DNA of 55,669 nt, filler included, from Catajapyx aquilonaris (taxonomy: Eukaryota): the NCBI GenBank assembly GCA_000934665.2. It is 4 parts of 4 records of this genome, joined end to end, with 100 filler letters (N's around TTAATTAATTAA, not from the genome) between each part and the next. Parts side by side here need not be neighbours in the genome. Positions count along the whole stretch, not along the records: positions 1 to 13,851 come from JYFJ02007967.1; positions 13,952 to 27,792 come from JYFJ02007968.1; 2 more parts are not named here. The stretch is one strand, 5' to 3'. A program made the position numbers and the translations under genes. Of this stretch, positions 1 through 14,406 are shown piece after piece (the stretch's first letter is position 1; each line of letters opens with the position of its first letter). The notes beneath the pieces were generated by a model that did not search any database, was not told the DNA's origin, and saw only the letters and a list, made by a program, of their open reading frames with translations.

Positions 1-89
1 CCCGATATGCTAATTTAAGGCGGTGTAGGGGCCTTCCCCTGGATTTCTATAAGGGACAAACATCCAAACTTCCTTATTTATAGATATAG
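1..89 (-). mobile_element. 5' end of a Helitron-like element (same family as 22196-23087)
   Basis: 17-60 is the exact reverse complement of TTTGTCCCTTATAGAAATCCAGGGGAAGGCCCCTACACCGCCTT near 22229-22272; TCTATAT start on the minus strand. Confidence 0.6.
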
Positions 90-319
90 AGAAGAGATAG
101 AGATTACCACTTATTGAAATGGGACAATAAGCGATCTCTGATACTTATTATTACGTTGCTTGACATTTTCCTTCAATCTGATGTATGACATGTTGTATAT
201 TATGCACATTAATTTTGAGAAGCAACCATGGTGTTGATGTTCGTTTAAACCATCAACCCAGCCGGTTGATATAGTTTAAAGTAAAGGAGGGGAAATATTA
301 CCAATGTATTGTATTGTAT

Positions 320-458
320 ACTAGATATATGTAGTATGAACCTATCAAGCATGTATGGCATTGAATGTAACCGTTTATGGTAAACGCAGTCACCAACAGG
401 ATGTGGTAGAGTACGGGTACACCCGACAGTGTGACGTTTGTCAACAACCCTCTACAAA
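320..458 (+). repeat. Diverged dispersed repeat, second copy at ~2164-2300
   Basis: Both run actagat...gtagtatgaa...ttgaatgtaacc...tttgtcaacaaccctct with scattered mismatches. Confidence 0.8.
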
Positions 459-803
459 TTCCTTGAGACTAACCACCCGCGGGAGTCCACAAAATGACCG
501 CAGCAATGACATTGCACTAGTTCCACGTCCCCTCCCATCCACCCCGCTTACATGAAAATTGCAGGTCAATGATAAGCTGTCCATATTCATTATGATCAAC
601 TTAATATACTCTGTAACACGGGTAATAATTAAAGTAAAAAAAACATTTACAGACATGCACAAATAACATGAGCATATACTGTGGGAAGAACTAATACCCT
701 CTATGAGTTGGGTGCGGAAGGGAGTCCCCGCCGCGCCGCAGGCCAAAGGGGAACTGAAGGAGAAGAGAACAGAGTAGGCCTAACAGACACATCCCAAGAG
801 GAC

Positions 804-1266
804 GAATGAAGACAACCAAGTGAATGAGCAGGATAAGAGAGAGACAGATGAAGCAGCTACATTTGGGGAACACTAATATAGCAGCTACGAAAAATAGGAA
901 GTACAGCTTGACTCAGGTTGCGCAGATGGCCGCAAACTGATTCGCATTTGGAATGGATATTACCCCTGAAGTGTCGAGGAGCACGTCAAGCTGACTGGAG
1001 ACAGAACACCAGGACGCACCACTTCCTCTGAGAGATCACAGTCAACCACTATTGAAATTATCTAATCCTGTGAAACTGCTACTTGGCTACATCATTTGGT
1101 ACGAAAGTCGGCGTTACTCAAACATGAATCTGTATAGTAAGAAATTGCACTGCATTTTAAAATCATACCGGGGACAATTATCCGGGTTTTTAAAAGGGCA
1201 AACTGATGCTTCCGGATTCCCATCAGCCCAAAAGATGGCGAGATGGCATCGTGACGCCTTCCAACG
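804..1266 (+). repeat. Diverged dispersed repeat, second copy at ~4484-4768; this copy has ~195 extra bp (1044-1239)
   Basis: Shared blocks atgaagcagctacatttgg, gtacagcttgactcaggttgcgcagatgg, accacttcctctgagag, gagatggcatcgtgacg. Confidence 0.8.
1075..1230 (+). mobile_element. Possible decayed Polinton/Maverick DNA polymerase B fragment
   Basis: GYIIWYE...Y...FLKGQTDASGFP resembles the Polinton pPolB motif GY.I..YE...FLK.KQEASG(W/F)P; short and degenerate. Confidence 0.35.
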
Positions 1267-1889
1267 TTGCCGGCTCTACATGGAAATAAGTACTGACAGT
1301 GATTCTGAGGAACCCATAAGCCCAGCCAAAGTTGCAGATCAGCCAGTTCAGCCTCAGGATAACAACCCAGACGAGTGAGTAGTCTGTGAAGATGGTCTCA
1401 CCTTCACGTTCTCTCTTCAGTGTTTATCTCCTGCGTTCATGTTACATTCAGAACAGGAAATGCACAGCAACTGCGCCTCCTTTTGCATGAGGGAGACCCT
1501 CTCATAAAGCTTTGCACCCATGCAAGAACACTTCAATTTTAATTAATGTTCAATAAAATGACGTATGATAACATTGAGACTTGGAACATCTACCTCTATA
1601 GCTATTATTTTAGAGAGGTTGTTATTCAAGCTCTAAAGTTGATTCTCTGGTGTGCTCTTGCATTTCTAAATATACTGTCTGTCTTATGCATTTGCAAAGG
1701 CATCACCACCATTGTAGTCAATGGGTACTAGACCAACTGATCAAGAGTGTTACCAACAACTCTCTAAATTAGCTTCAGGAGTCCGCGTCGATTTAGCATA
1801 ATATGGGTCTGTACTTGGCTATGATTTACCGTAGTAAATGGGGCAAGAGGTAAGAAATTATCACACCATGCCCTAGTATCTCCATAGGT

Positions 1890-2150
1890 TGCGGTTTCAG
1901 GGGATGTGGCAGCAGTATATGGCACTGGTGAAAAGAGCCGCATGCTTCCACTGCATCATGCGGTTCCTCAACTTGGAGCACCACTGGCCAAAACAGTGCT
2001 CAATGCACATATATTGACCGGAGATGACTGCATGAGTAAGGTTGGGACCAAACATGCAGCTATGGCCTGTGACCCAGTACAGTATATCTGACAAACTTTG
2101 GAGAGACGTACACTTTGTCACAGCATGATGCACTTGCAGAGATGTGTTAC
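1890..2150 (+). mobile_element. Frameshifted fragment of an Academ-like DNA transposon protein (XPG/FEN1-like region)
   Basis: WQQY/GTGEKSRMLPLH...AHILTGDDCMSKVGTK matches the H.LTGCD..S..G.K motif of XPG-domain transposon proteins; frameshifts on both sides. Confidence 0.55.
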
Positions 2151-5100
2151 AGATGTATTGCATACTAGATAAGTAGTATGAATCTATTAAGCATGCATGG
2201 TATTGAATGTAACCTTGTATGGTAACGCAGACACCAAAAGGGTGTGGCTCAGTACGGCTACAGCCAACAGTGTGATGTTTGTCAACAACCCTCTGCAAAT
2301 AAAACTGATACGCAGGAGTGGTATTGCCGTATTGGGCAGGAGGTGAAAGACGAAGCGAGACGAGTAGACGAAAGAAGGACGCCAATGGAGGAAACAAAAA
2401 CTTGAGACATTTTGTAGTGCCAAAAGTGAACAGTGTACCAACTGAAGTGGACAAGCAATTGCTATAACATCGTAAAGGAAATGTATTCATCACTAACAAT
2501 GATTCATACATTAATAATAACAACAATAACATTGATAATAATTATATCCTTGAAGACCAGTGTCGGCGGAGCTTGATGGACCAGAATGACGCGCACCTCT
2601 TGATTTTGATGATGTTTCCTACACTTGCAAGTAGCAAGTAAAGGTCATGCAACACTTTGAAAATCTGAGACCATTAAGAAGAAGATCTGCTCTGAATGTG
2701 ATAAGCACAATGCTACAACCATGCGATGACTAAACAAGCTGTGATGTTGTATGTTTCTGTTTGGAGGTGGCCAACTCCTGATATTGACATGTAATAGTCA
2801 TGATAAAATACGAATAGAAATATCTACCTTATTACCACTTATTGAAATGGGACAATGGGAAATGGGCTGTCGAGATTCATAGCAAAATGAAGTCAGGATA
2901 GAACAAGAAAGCAATAGTTACTTCACCAACCCATTTAATTTAAAACCACGCCTTTGACGATAATAATCTTTCACGGACATTGTTATACATAATGTGCAAA
3001 GGAGACATTCACGTGCACCTACTAGATGACGTGTGCATGACCATACTGAAACTAGGCAACCTGAGCAATTAGTATAAAAATGAACGAACTGACTATTAGA
3101 AACACAACAAAATGAAGTCAGTTGCGTTGAAACAGAGATAAAATGGGCACTGATGGTCAACGACGACTCTTGACGTAAGATCACAACGAGTATAGACCTG
3201 AAAATAGGCCAGAACGCCTGTCGGTCGATTTTAACCCATGTACTGCAGTTTGGCTATAAATCGCAGAAGAAGGGAGGTGTGTCACTTCTGGAAAAGCATA
3301 CTGCAACAGTCAGCTGCGACCGTGTCAAAACGTCTGCAACAACTGCAGTAATGCACATGTTCACAAATATTCTACTGAATGGTGAACAGGGCACATCCCC
3401 TTGCCTTACTGTCTTCTAAACATATCCTCCTAGCCAAGGCATGACGCAAGAATGCAGCAACAATAAGAAGAAATATGCGCCTCCTTACTGTCCCGGCACT
3501 GCATGTCTGCAACTGCATGTCAGACTCTGCCAGAACAAAATAGGAAACATTAAATTAAATTAATGAGAATCCCCGATCAGGGGAACACAGGCGGCTGTCG
3601 CGTCTTCCGACAACTGTCTGACTGAGGGCCAGTGGCCTCAGTATAACTGCCCTGAGAAGGCCAACGCACCTGGTATACCGCCTAGCAAGAGACATCCTTG
3701 AGGTAGACGTCCAGGAGGTCAGATAACTATGAGGCCAATAATAAGTGGGAGGCTCGCATTAAACGGGATATGCGCAGAAACGTCATCTGGAGCAAGTACT
3801 CACATACTATGAGTGGTCGTTATTATTATTACGAGTCGAAATAAACATTTTCAGAAAATTGGCAGACACTCTTGAATGAGCTGAGCACCAAAGACCCCTG
3901 AAGCCAGTTAATTCTATAATTAACCACATCAAAGATACCCAGGATGTGTTGAACATACCTGGCTGCATGTCAAACCTGCAAGCTAAGAAGTAGACTGCAA
4001 CAAGGACTGACATCACGCCACCTGGTGGAGCTGGGCATTAAAAATGTCATCACAAGCAGAGAACTAAACCAATACCCTAGTCCCTATACATTACAAATAA
4101 ACACTAATACATATGTAGATCAACCAATGCAGGGGTATGTCCCCCATAAGGCCGGAATTACCTAGTCGTTACCAGCGACTGTGGGCCTTCAAAGCATCAG
4201 AGGTAATAAAAAACCAGCAGATGAAGGGAACATCACTACTTGGATGATAATGACGCGCAATGATGCGCAAACCTGTAGGCCAAATGACATTATCGCTGGT
4301 ACAACGGGAGTGTGATGGGTGGGTGGGTGGCAACTATTCGGGATGCTGAAGGCAATTATTATCATAGAAAATAACCAGTTAACCACAGCCTTGGACCACA
4401 AAACATCGACAAAGCCTCACCACTTCCCCTGGGTCGGCCCCGGGGCAGCTAGAGAGAGCGAGAGACCAGGCACATCTCAAAAGGAATGAAGACAACCACC
4501 AATAAAGGCACCAAGTGAATGGGGCGGAGAAGAGAGAGAGATGAAGCAGCTACATTTGGTGGACACTAATATAGCAAGCTACGAGAAAGAGGTAGTACAG
4601 CTTGACTCAGGTTGCGCAGATGGTCGTAAACTATTCGCATTTGGATGGGATATTTCCCCTGAAGGGGTCAATAAGGAGCACCTCATGCTTACTGGGGACC
4701 ACCAGAACAGACCACTTCCTCTGAGAGGTCACAGTCCTCTGAGATGGCATCGTGACGTCATCCAACGATATTTAGCCGTGAATATTATAATTGTAGCCGT
4801 TATTTCTAGCCGTCATTTTTAGCTTGTTTGCCAAGACAATATTTTGTACTGGCCTCTACACCAGTTTTCCTGACGCTACGCAGATATTCCTCCCCATATG
4901 TGTACGAAGGGGTGAAAACAATANTACGCAACGGTTTCGTCCCTACTGTGCCGGACCTGAAATAATAAGTGACTGCTGCTAAGAAGAAAGACCTATGTGC
5001 GCGTGTTGTGGTGAACTTTTTTTATGTATATTTCTGACCATTGAATGTACTTAAGTTAATGTAAGTCCGGGGTATATAGGGCTTTTGGCGAGGATCCCCG

Positions 5101-6127
5101 TTAAAAAAACAACGAGGCCTATGGACTACCTCTTGGGTGCCTTGGAAAGGTTCATGGTGATAATTATCTACCTTTTTTTTTTTGCTAAGGTAAATGTAAA
5201 TAGCAAAAAAAAGGCCTTGCGGCCACCCGCCGTAACTATGCGCTGTGTAGTGTTATTGCAACGACTCTATTATACGAGTATTTTGTTTGTGCTTGGTTGA
5301 AATCAACTTTGCGACATATCCTTTCAAGCACTACACTGGACCGAATAAAGCTGGACATGGCCACCCCACAACAGACGATACGATAAAACGCCCTTCGCCG
5401 AATACCAGAGAAATAGAGCTATGGCAGATACAAGTGTAATAGAGGAATATCCCGACATAGGGAGAAAATAACCTGATGCGGATGACAACTGGCGACATTT
5501 TGCCGCAACATGATGGAAGCGCATTGTGTTAGCCAACACATTAACTGCTCAGACAAAAGTGTCTTCGCCATACCAAATCGCGACTGAAATTGTCACATCA
5601 ACACCATCAACAACAGCTGAACAATATTTTTCCAGTAGAGGCCAGGGACAAAAAGAGAACAGTACACGAGGTCAGATAACAACGAGGTCAACAATACGTG
5701 CGAGACCAACAAACAGAATGGGATGCGTGCAGAAACGTTTAGAGCACTTTTAAAATGCTGGTACACAACCGACCAGTCATTTTTGAAGGAGAATTTGATG
5801 ATTGTACAAAGCCCTCTTCTCTGTTCTCCACAGCTTACTTGTGTTACCTGCATCGCCCGTTTCCTCATGATAAGTGTATCCACCTGAGACATATGCGACC
5901 AAGACGTTTGAACCTCCACCCCTTTCCCGCCTGGTGTTCTTGTCGAGATAATATTTTATTCTTGTAACTAAAATTCAAATCGCCTCCTAAGGTCAATTTA
6001 ATAATGGCAGCGACTTACACGCCCTCCGCCACTCCCATTGTTAATATTCGTATTGATGTGGACTAAGGTACCCAAGTGCGGGTCCAAAAAGAAGTCCACC
6101 ACTTAGCTGAAAAAACAGTACAATAGC

Positions 6128-6172
6128 ACATGGAACCGACCACACATGGAACCAACCACATGGAACCGACGA
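6128..6172 (+). repeat. Short tandem repeat, 3 copies of ACATGGAACCRAC
   Basis: acatggaaccgacc acacatggaaccaacc acatggaaccgacg. Confidence 0.8.
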
Positions 6173-6309
6173 ACACTTCTAATGGCAATACAAGGTTACT
6201 TCCTTTATCTGTGGCAGAGAATTAGATTATTGTACACTTTACAATATTTCTTCACCCCTTTAATATTCATCATCTTTTATAAAAATGCGACATGCATAAG
6301 TGGAAGAAA

Positions 6310-6560
6310 CTGCTGAGGGCATATTTTTCACCATTACTTTGCGATGGTGTCACACAACAAACGGAATGTATAATACGCTATCAAGGCATGAATGTGAGAG
6401 CATCTGTCACAGGAGTAAAAAAGTGGGCTCAGCCAACCGCGACAAAAGTACGGCGCTTCAGGGTCAGGCTTATTACTTAAAAGGAATCACAACGGAAAAT
6501 TGGTATTAATATTGATATCATTAGTTGCATTTTGCACATTTATTCAATTGCCCAGAAGCA
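6310..6560 (+). mobile_element. Possible decayed hAT transposase fragment
   Basis: AYFSPLLCDGVTQQTECIIRY resembles the first catalytic-Asp region FS+..D.STD...EQ...IRY; weak. Confidence 0.3.
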
Positions 6561-9500
6561 AAAGCATGCCCGGGAACCTGCATTATATCCACGGAAATGT
6601 CCTTTAAAAAATGAAACTTTGCTTATCACCAGGCTAAAGAGTGTCATCAGGTGATTCTTCCTCTGGATGGATGCAGGAAGGAAGTGAACGTGACCTTGTA
6701 CCCTCTACAAGCAAATCCCAAGAACCAGACTGTTATCTAAAGTTGCATAACTGTACGCAATAAAGCAGAATTTTTACAACTGAGCACGACCTATTGTATT
6801 GTGCAGGATCTTAATCAATGGCAGGATGTTTAAAAAAGCATTTTGGGACTCGCTATGTTATATATTTTGATATTGTGTATTTGCAGGTAACATCGGGGAA
6901 TTGAAAGCTGCATGATGGCACACTGACAATAGCACGCCGTTTCCAGTATCTGATACTTGATATTTTCTAAAACTATGTAGACCATACCACTACGAGGCGG
7001 CTCTCAGTTAGCTTATGGCAGACAAAACATAAGAAAGATACCTTCACTACTTATAACGCCGATGTTAGTGTAACCAAATTCTCGAGCGAAAGTATGGGGA
7101 GGATTTAAAACTACATCGCCGCGAAGCATTCCAACACGAAATGTAACGGCGTATCTGGGACAGGCCGTTGCTGGTGACATTCACTATATAAGAAAAGAAA
7201 GACATCCCAGGGACGACGAAAGTGAGTTCGCTGCTGGAGGGACAAAATGAGACAAGTCGGACGTGTGAAGAGCGCGACCAAAGAGCAGAAAACCCATAAA
7301 ACGTAAGGACGCTTTCCTTCCATTATCACAGGAACATCCTAAGTGCTACGAAAAGCATCACTCTTCTAGGGGAGAATCACAGTTCCTGAGCACAGCAATA
7401 TAATTTCGGAATGAGCAATATTACTTTAACTATGCTTTTTAGCTTATTAAAATTAACATTGAAAGAGGAAGCTCCCTGCCCCTACTGTGTCCGAGTTACG
7501 GAGACCCGACCATAAAGGCCCTTGGCCAATCTCATCATCCACAATCATCAATAATACAATAGCCAATGAGAACTTCACACCAGGGAGGGAACACGTCCCC
7601 CACAGAAACCATTTATCACACCAGATGGAAGATTCCAAATTTCAGAGCATGACAGTCTCAAGACGTTCTCCAAGAAGAGGGGCACTTCTTTCATATAGAG
7701 TCACATGAGTTCGTGGGAGAGAACGTGTGTGGCACCATAAGTAGCTCATATCTCCATGCTTACAAGGGAAGTGTCTGTAGGGCCATGGGCCAATCGGCCC
7801 GAAAATGACACTAGGGGTAAATCGCAGGCCCCAAGCTGTTAAGATTCCATAACTATAGCGACAAGATATCCCAGGAAACCACAAGGAGGTATTATACTAT
7901 CACATGCTGCGGCGAAAGTCAAACACTTGTACTGACAGTGAGTGAATAATTTCAGAGAGAATGTGCATAGTGAAGGGTATTCTAATTGGGAAGTGAGTCA
8001 AAGGCAGCAGACACATAGCATTAAAAATATGCTCTTTCGCTCCTAACCCTGTATATCAAGGTTTTGTCGTCTCTGGACCATTAATAATACCCATTGTGAA
8101 ATAGATTTTACCTCCCGTTCCTGGCAACTTCGTGGGGTGGGAGTGGTCATTACATTATAATACATAATGATTACTATAAATATCGATCATACCAATACAT
8201 GTCTCTCATAATTTATAGTTCGTGAAACAACTGGAATTGTCGCTTTCTTGCTCGGATGATGGTCTGAACGACGCAGTAGCTGGTGGTGAAGGAAATCTAG
8301 GGTGCAAACGGGCTGAAACTCTTTTCCAAATAATTATACTGTATACAGTCTGCAATTAAATAAGCCAAGCACCGAGTCACATGAGTTCATAGGCGAGAAC
8401 CTTCATATTGAAAGTGCGGCACCATCAATAAATAAACAGCTAATATAGACATGCTTAGTGAAGGAAAAGCCCCCAGAAATATATTATTGAAAAAAATACC
8501 CGCAAAGGACTGTAAAACAGGCCCACAAGAAAATTATTGGTGCAAGCGATAATGTCTCTACACCACCATATGAGAGTGTTTGTTCATAACGTTCATGTCA
8601 AAGTCTGTGATGTATAGTATTACTAAAATAAATTACATACCACTACCATAAAGAGGATGGGGTCGATGCTGGGTATGCTGCAATACAGGCATCCTGATTA
8701 GGCTAAATTCCGAAACACACAATATGTTAGGAATATAATATTTGGGAGATTCCAAAACTATTGTCACCTGCCACAGATTATGCCATGAAAAACGTAGACG
8801 AACAAAAGAAACTGCACACCGACCCTGTGAGTTCATCCAGTGACGTTAGCAGGCTTTAATAGTAGAAAACATCTGAACACAACACATTAAATGCAATAAT
8901 TGAACTACTTTGAGAGCTTATATCTAGATGGGGACAGCCACACCCTGTTAATATCACAAACCTATAAGTTTCTTGCGACTTGTAGTACATGTGTTTACTA
9001 CATTTTGCAAATCGTGACTGATGTGAAATTTCAAGTGCTTGCATATTTACCCAAACAAGCCAATCCTTTTGCACCAGCACTATCAACAGAGATTAGAAGC
9101 GCGGGATTATTTCATGGTGGAACCCTCAATTTCACAGACTGCATTTATCTGGAAGTTTAGGTTTCCTTATGCAAGTAATACAGAGCTGATTTTCTTTTAT
9201 TGTTCACAGAGGAAAAACGCCAGGAAAACCACCAGTGACACATGACATTGTTACCCACAACTTGACATAATGAAACAATAGGACATGCAGACTCCACGTT
9301 TTGTGTAAGATAAATAAACTTCCTAACGCGATATTTCAAATTGGGAAAAATATGTCTCAGTGCAACCACATTCGCAATGGACCCTCCTAAACTCTAGCAA
9401 TGATAGCAAAGATTGAACTCAAAGGGCGCCAACATGCATCCACACTTTCTCCGTGACATTTCATCCTAATGATCTAGCACCTCGACGGCCGATGTTGATA

Positions 9501-12500
9501 ATTTTGATGGAGGAATAAGGAAAGAAAGCACTGAATCGCAATTAGCATGACGTTAAATATTGTCATACACTAGTTAAATTGGTCGATGGGGAACGATAAG
9601 GTGAAGATACCATCGGGGGGAAGGACGATGGGTCACCCTTCACCAGAAGTGATCATTGCAGCATATTCTAATCCCAGAAAGAGTGGTGGTGAGAAAGTAA
9701 GAGTTAAAAAAAATCACACGAGCAGACGTTACGCATGCCAGGAACCCTACTCGGCAAGTTCCGTTATTCATCCGTGGCAGTGAAGCCAGAATATATGCTC
9801 GATGGCAATGCAGATTCGCCCACATACGGGAGCGAATAAATATAATACAAATAGCAATCGCCATAGGGAAATACCAGTCCTTGAAGCACCCGGACTGAAA
9901 ATAGTAAATTTAAAAATAAAATAAAAACCTTATCTTGGCAATGACCCTTGGGTCAGATGGGCTCACATTAGGACCATCCGGCTCATCACTTTTGCTTTCA
10001 GGTGAGGTCTGGTCAGGTGAGGTGAGGTCTTGGCCGAAACCGTCACCATGCGTAATAATAAGCCTGACTACCAGTTTATCACATCCAAAGCGATCAAAAG
10101 GATCACTGGTAGGAGTGCCATTACCAAGGATGAAATAAAGGTGTACACCGGCTCAATTGTCCAGAAGGAGCCCTGAGTCCCAGCCAAATGAACAAGGGAC
10201 TCTTTGTCACTCACTCGAAAATGTGAAGAACCGCCACCTTCGACAAACAACTAACGTATCATATAACTTCTTTATACAAAATCGGTATAATATTGACAAC
10301 CACATTGTTGAGGAATTGTCTTGTTGCAGTGCTACAACGATCCACCCACCTATACCCTTCGTGTTTAGGGATACGTCCGCCACGTATTAATGGTATTTGG
10401 GTAACCTCATCAATCACAATCGAGCACACATACCGACAATACTCAGCAATACACGGCAAGAACGACTAATTCCCCATAAATACCATCTCATTGGCAGTGT
10501 TCCTGGCGCTTATGTATCAAGTCATCAAAACTGGTGTCTATTAAAACCTATTTTTATTATTATTATTTAATTATCACATGCACCACGTCAGTAATGCATC
10601 AAAATTGGGAGGCAAATGTGTCAATCCATAATATTATGCACGATTTGTCTCCAAAAGCGAGACCAGACGAGACCAAAACAAAAAGGTAAGAAGTCAGGAA
10701 GGCTGACTGCAACCGAGATATGCTATTCATGAAACGCACCAACAAGACGACCGATACGGACATCATTGCTGCAGTGTGCAATTAGTGAAGGTTATTAAAC
10801 ACACAAGATACGTGCGGTTCATTATTCTGATGTTGACCATGTGCCCTGGGTTTAAAACAGGAGTCTTCTCTTTTGACAAAATGATAAAAAACCAGGTGAT
10901 CTCTCAGTCCTCCGAATATTAATTTCCATGAGTAATAAAATTGTCAAGACAGTAACTACCTGTAATATTCAAGAGGCAGAAAAGGCACCATGAGATAGTA
11001 TAGTAGTAACCTTCGTCAAATAAATGCTACTAGTTACATTGGGATAAGTGTAAATAAGACAATGAAAGTTAATGCGTGTTAGGCAGGGACACAATTTGTT
11101 AGTCCTAAGCACTAAAAAATATTAAATTATTCTTGTAAATATATCTGTAAACATCGCAGCAAAAATGGCTGTGATAGTACACAACCTGCAACAATTCACA
11201 TAGACAACTCTCTACTCATCAGAATTAACATCTTCACATAATTAGATGCATAATATCATAGGATATTGCATGGGATCAAAATAATCATGCGCCGAGGATA
11301 GTTTCAGGTGCGACAAGTGTTCCCCTAGTGACCGTGCCAGTGTAAAGAGATAATCAAGTTCCTGATAATAAATGCAAATTGACAGCCGAAATATGAGTCA
11401 TGACAGGACAAAATGAGTCATATGCTTTGTCCAATTAATTAGTGGCACATTAGGCAATACCTGTGACAGCAGACTCCATTCCCCCCTCAACCGGGTGTCT
11501 GCTCTGGGACAGGGGCCGCCCCTGGTGCTAATCCTCCCTGGGGCAGACACCAGCCAGCATCAGTTTCAACCACTAAGATGTGCTTGCTGTATCTCGGATA
11601 GCGAGGAGGAGGTCACTTCTATGAATCGAAAAATGGCCTTTCGTCCTTAGTGCACGAAGATAGCCAAGGGAGACGGAAAGGTCCTTCTGAAATATATTAC
11701 GACCACCTTGTTAACCTCCCATTTTTAATGTCTTTTATGTTATGAACGATCTTCAAGTTCTTAATACTTCCCCTGGTGGAAGGGGTAATAATAAACCAAG
11801 ATCTCCTGCATTTACCAGCCTAGGAACCTAGTGAAGCCTATGAAGTTACAGTAAGACACCAATTAAAATACTCTTCACATAATTACAAGCATAATATCTT
11901 AGGATATTGCCAGAGAAACCGTTGTTAATCGATAACATTCTACTTACATAGTAATGTCCATCTCATTTGTACCTCAGAAACCTGCTTTGAATTTTATTAC
12001 TCGGCTTTTCCCCGCGAATGCACCTTTTCTGTCAACAGTGACTATGACACTGATGGAGGTAAGAGCAGCAGACAAAAAATAAGCTAGTGTGTTAGCGAGG
12101 TCCGTCCACGAAGATCAGCAAAACTGGTTGCCACCTTCTCCTACAACTTGTTAACACAGTCCTGTGTGTCCTTTTGGAGCATTGCTCTTAAGTCAATCTT
12201 CAGGGCCTCCAGAGGCATCGTAAGGTCCTTGGGTGTGATGGCTGCCATCGACCTGACCCTTCACACTTCGAGCGCTCAATAAAATGCCAAAGTCAAAGGC
12301 AGAGGCTATAATAAGCCGGAGCGGTACAAAAAGCACGACTTCAATATTAGGTAGCCCAGAGACGTCTCCAGATTCAACACTGTTGTTAGTTAATACTCAT
12401 TAATCAATTTTACTTGATTAAAAATATGTAAATGCACTTCAATCTCTAATATACAGGATATTAATATGAGAGAAAGCAATATGGGCAGGTAGGAGATCAG

Positions 12501-13399
12501 GATCCATCAGGCCCCACCTAATTCGATAGACAGTGGAGAGGTACCTGACAACCAGGAAAATCAAATCGCCCGACCGATACTCCGAGACGCCTTCAGTTTG
12601 CGTTCCAACTATGCACGACCCTATGCACTTACTAGGGAATACTTACTGGGCTACCTGACCGCCCTACTGGGGGAAGACCCAAAAAGCCAGAGACAGCGTG
12701 CACTAGATGTTTTGAGGAAGCATAGCAGTGTACGACTACCACATTTGGACACATCCTGTCTGATACATCCAGCGAACAGACATTGACAAAGGCCTTTGTA
12801 GAAATGCTGAAAGATTGCAGCCACCAGAAAGAGACTGGACTAAAGAGAGAAATAAAGCATAGCATAGAGCCTGGTCAAAGTGTTGCCGTGTTGGACATGC
12901 GAATCTCCGGCTCGCAGGCAGGGAAAAGAGGCGGACCAGATGTTCACAAAGACTCTTTATGACCAGTGCAATTTGGCACTCGACAGAAAAGTCATAAAAA
13001 AAGGTCATGTTGGAACTACAGTACATTTATTGGCTTAATTCCACAATTGATAAGGAATAAATCGGAATATTTGTATAAAGATTACCCGGATTACCAATTG
13101 GCGAAAAGTCACCACATGACTGTATGGATGATAAAATTTAAAATTATTTTTCCCTGAAAACCACACATATTCATCACACAAGATATCAGTTATGGCCCAA
13201 AACCCTAACACTAACAAGATTGGAAAGTAACGTGTAACTTACACATATGATAAAGTCATGTGTTTTGGTGAACGCGTCATGTCAAACGCGCACAACTATA
13301 CGAATGGTTCTATGAGTAGACACAAAATGCTCCCAAATGCACAGAGACACAGCCACGGGAGTGAAGGTGTATGGACGCCATAAACAAAAGTGGTTGATT

Positions 13400-13520
13400 T
13401 CCAACAACCTGTTGCTTGTGCTATCACAAGATCTCTTTCAGTGGACAGAAGCTACTGTTCCGACTGAATTTGTCACATAAACATTCGAAGCAACAATTGT
13501 AGACAAATTTTGCAACATAG
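13400..13520 (+). mobile_element. Possible decayed LTR-retrotransposon integrase fragment
   Basis: SNNLLLVLSQDLFQWTEA..P resembles the rve core N.Y.LV..D.FSKW.EA.P; in-frame stop follows. Confidence 0.3.
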
Positions 13521-13554
13521 TAGAGGGCTGCACGTGGACAGCGTCCCTTTTGTT

Positions 13555-13851
13555 CCGTCGGCCATCATTTTTGACATTGAGCTGTTCATGATTATGAAGG
13601 GTTTGGAATTGGCGTCCGTCAGATTTTCTGGCATTTCTGTCTGGATTGTTTCAGACTCAAAGTCGGCTCTGCAAACCATTGCGAACCCACGCACCGAGTC
13701 CTCCCATGCATTGCAGGCACGAGTATTTCTCGATGGCTCCGGGGGTAATTCCCGGCTTTGTTGGGTCAAAGCACATGCGGGATTCAAGGGCAATGAGTTG
13801 GCCGACTCAGAAGCTAGACTGGCAGCCACCCGAGTCGACGGACGTCATTTC
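13555..13851 (+). mobile_element. RNase H domain of a non-LTR retrotransposon, cut by the contig end
   Basis: IFDIELFMI..GL, IVSDSKSALQTI, LCWVKAHAGFKGNELADSEAR are RNase HI motifs of RNase-H-bearing LINEs. Confidence 0.88.
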
Positions 13852-13951
13852 NNNNNNNNNNNNNNNNNNNNNNNNNNNNNNNNNNNNNNNNNNNNTTAAT
13901 TAATTAANNNNNNNNNNNNNNNNNNNNNNNNNNNNNNNNNNNNNNNNNNNN
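13852..13951. other. Artificial contig linker (44 N + TTAATTAATTAA + 44 N)
   Basis: 100-bp spacer whose core has stops in all six frames; identical copies at 27793-27892 and 41733-41832. Confidence 0.97.
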
Positions 13952-14293
13952 ATAAATCCAAGATGGTGGCAGATAAAAAATTAACAAAAATAGTTTTGAG
14001 CAAGTCAATATCAAGGCTACCTGTGGTGAAAATATAAAAAATTAACTAGATGGTCGAGCAACCACCCTGGTCCATTTCACATGGAATGACTCAGAGCAGT
14101 TGTAAACAATTTTCCAGCAATTTTTCTTTCATGAATAAAAATGAGCCCTCATCTCCATTTTGGAGCACTTCGGAACAGGTGCGTTCATCTTTAAGAGGAT
14201 ACTGTTTCACCCAATCAACCCATCGACAAACCACCTGAAGTTTTCCACAACTGTCTCTCTCCATGGGAATCCCAACCAGACAGTAAGATATTT

Positions 14294-14406
14294 TTTCACC
14301 GAGCCGGTTTTGATAAAAACCCCGGTTCTTTTGGAAAATCCCTATTCTATTTGCAGGGATTTTCCGAAAGAACGGGGGGGTTTTATCAAAACCGGGCTCG
14401 GTGAAA
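14294..14406. mobile_element. Palindromic MITE-like insertion (~50-bp arms, ~11-nt loop)
   Basis: tttcaccgagccggttttgataaaa...ggaaaatccct pairs with agggattttcc...ttttatcaaaaccgggctcggtgaaa; absent from the paralogous region ~24250-24295. Confidence 0.8.

Noticed and set aside
1897..2532. 211-aa minus-strand ORF
   Set aside because: Antisense to the transposon fragment and a dispersed repeat; no motif.
10250..10410. Possible Polinton integrase C-terminal scrap (YKIG, PTYTLR, INGIW)
   Set aside because: Motifs fall in different frames and are too degenerate to support.
13896..13907. TTAATTAATTAA palindrome repeated three times at regular spacing
   Set aside because: Centre of an artificial N-padded linker, not biological.
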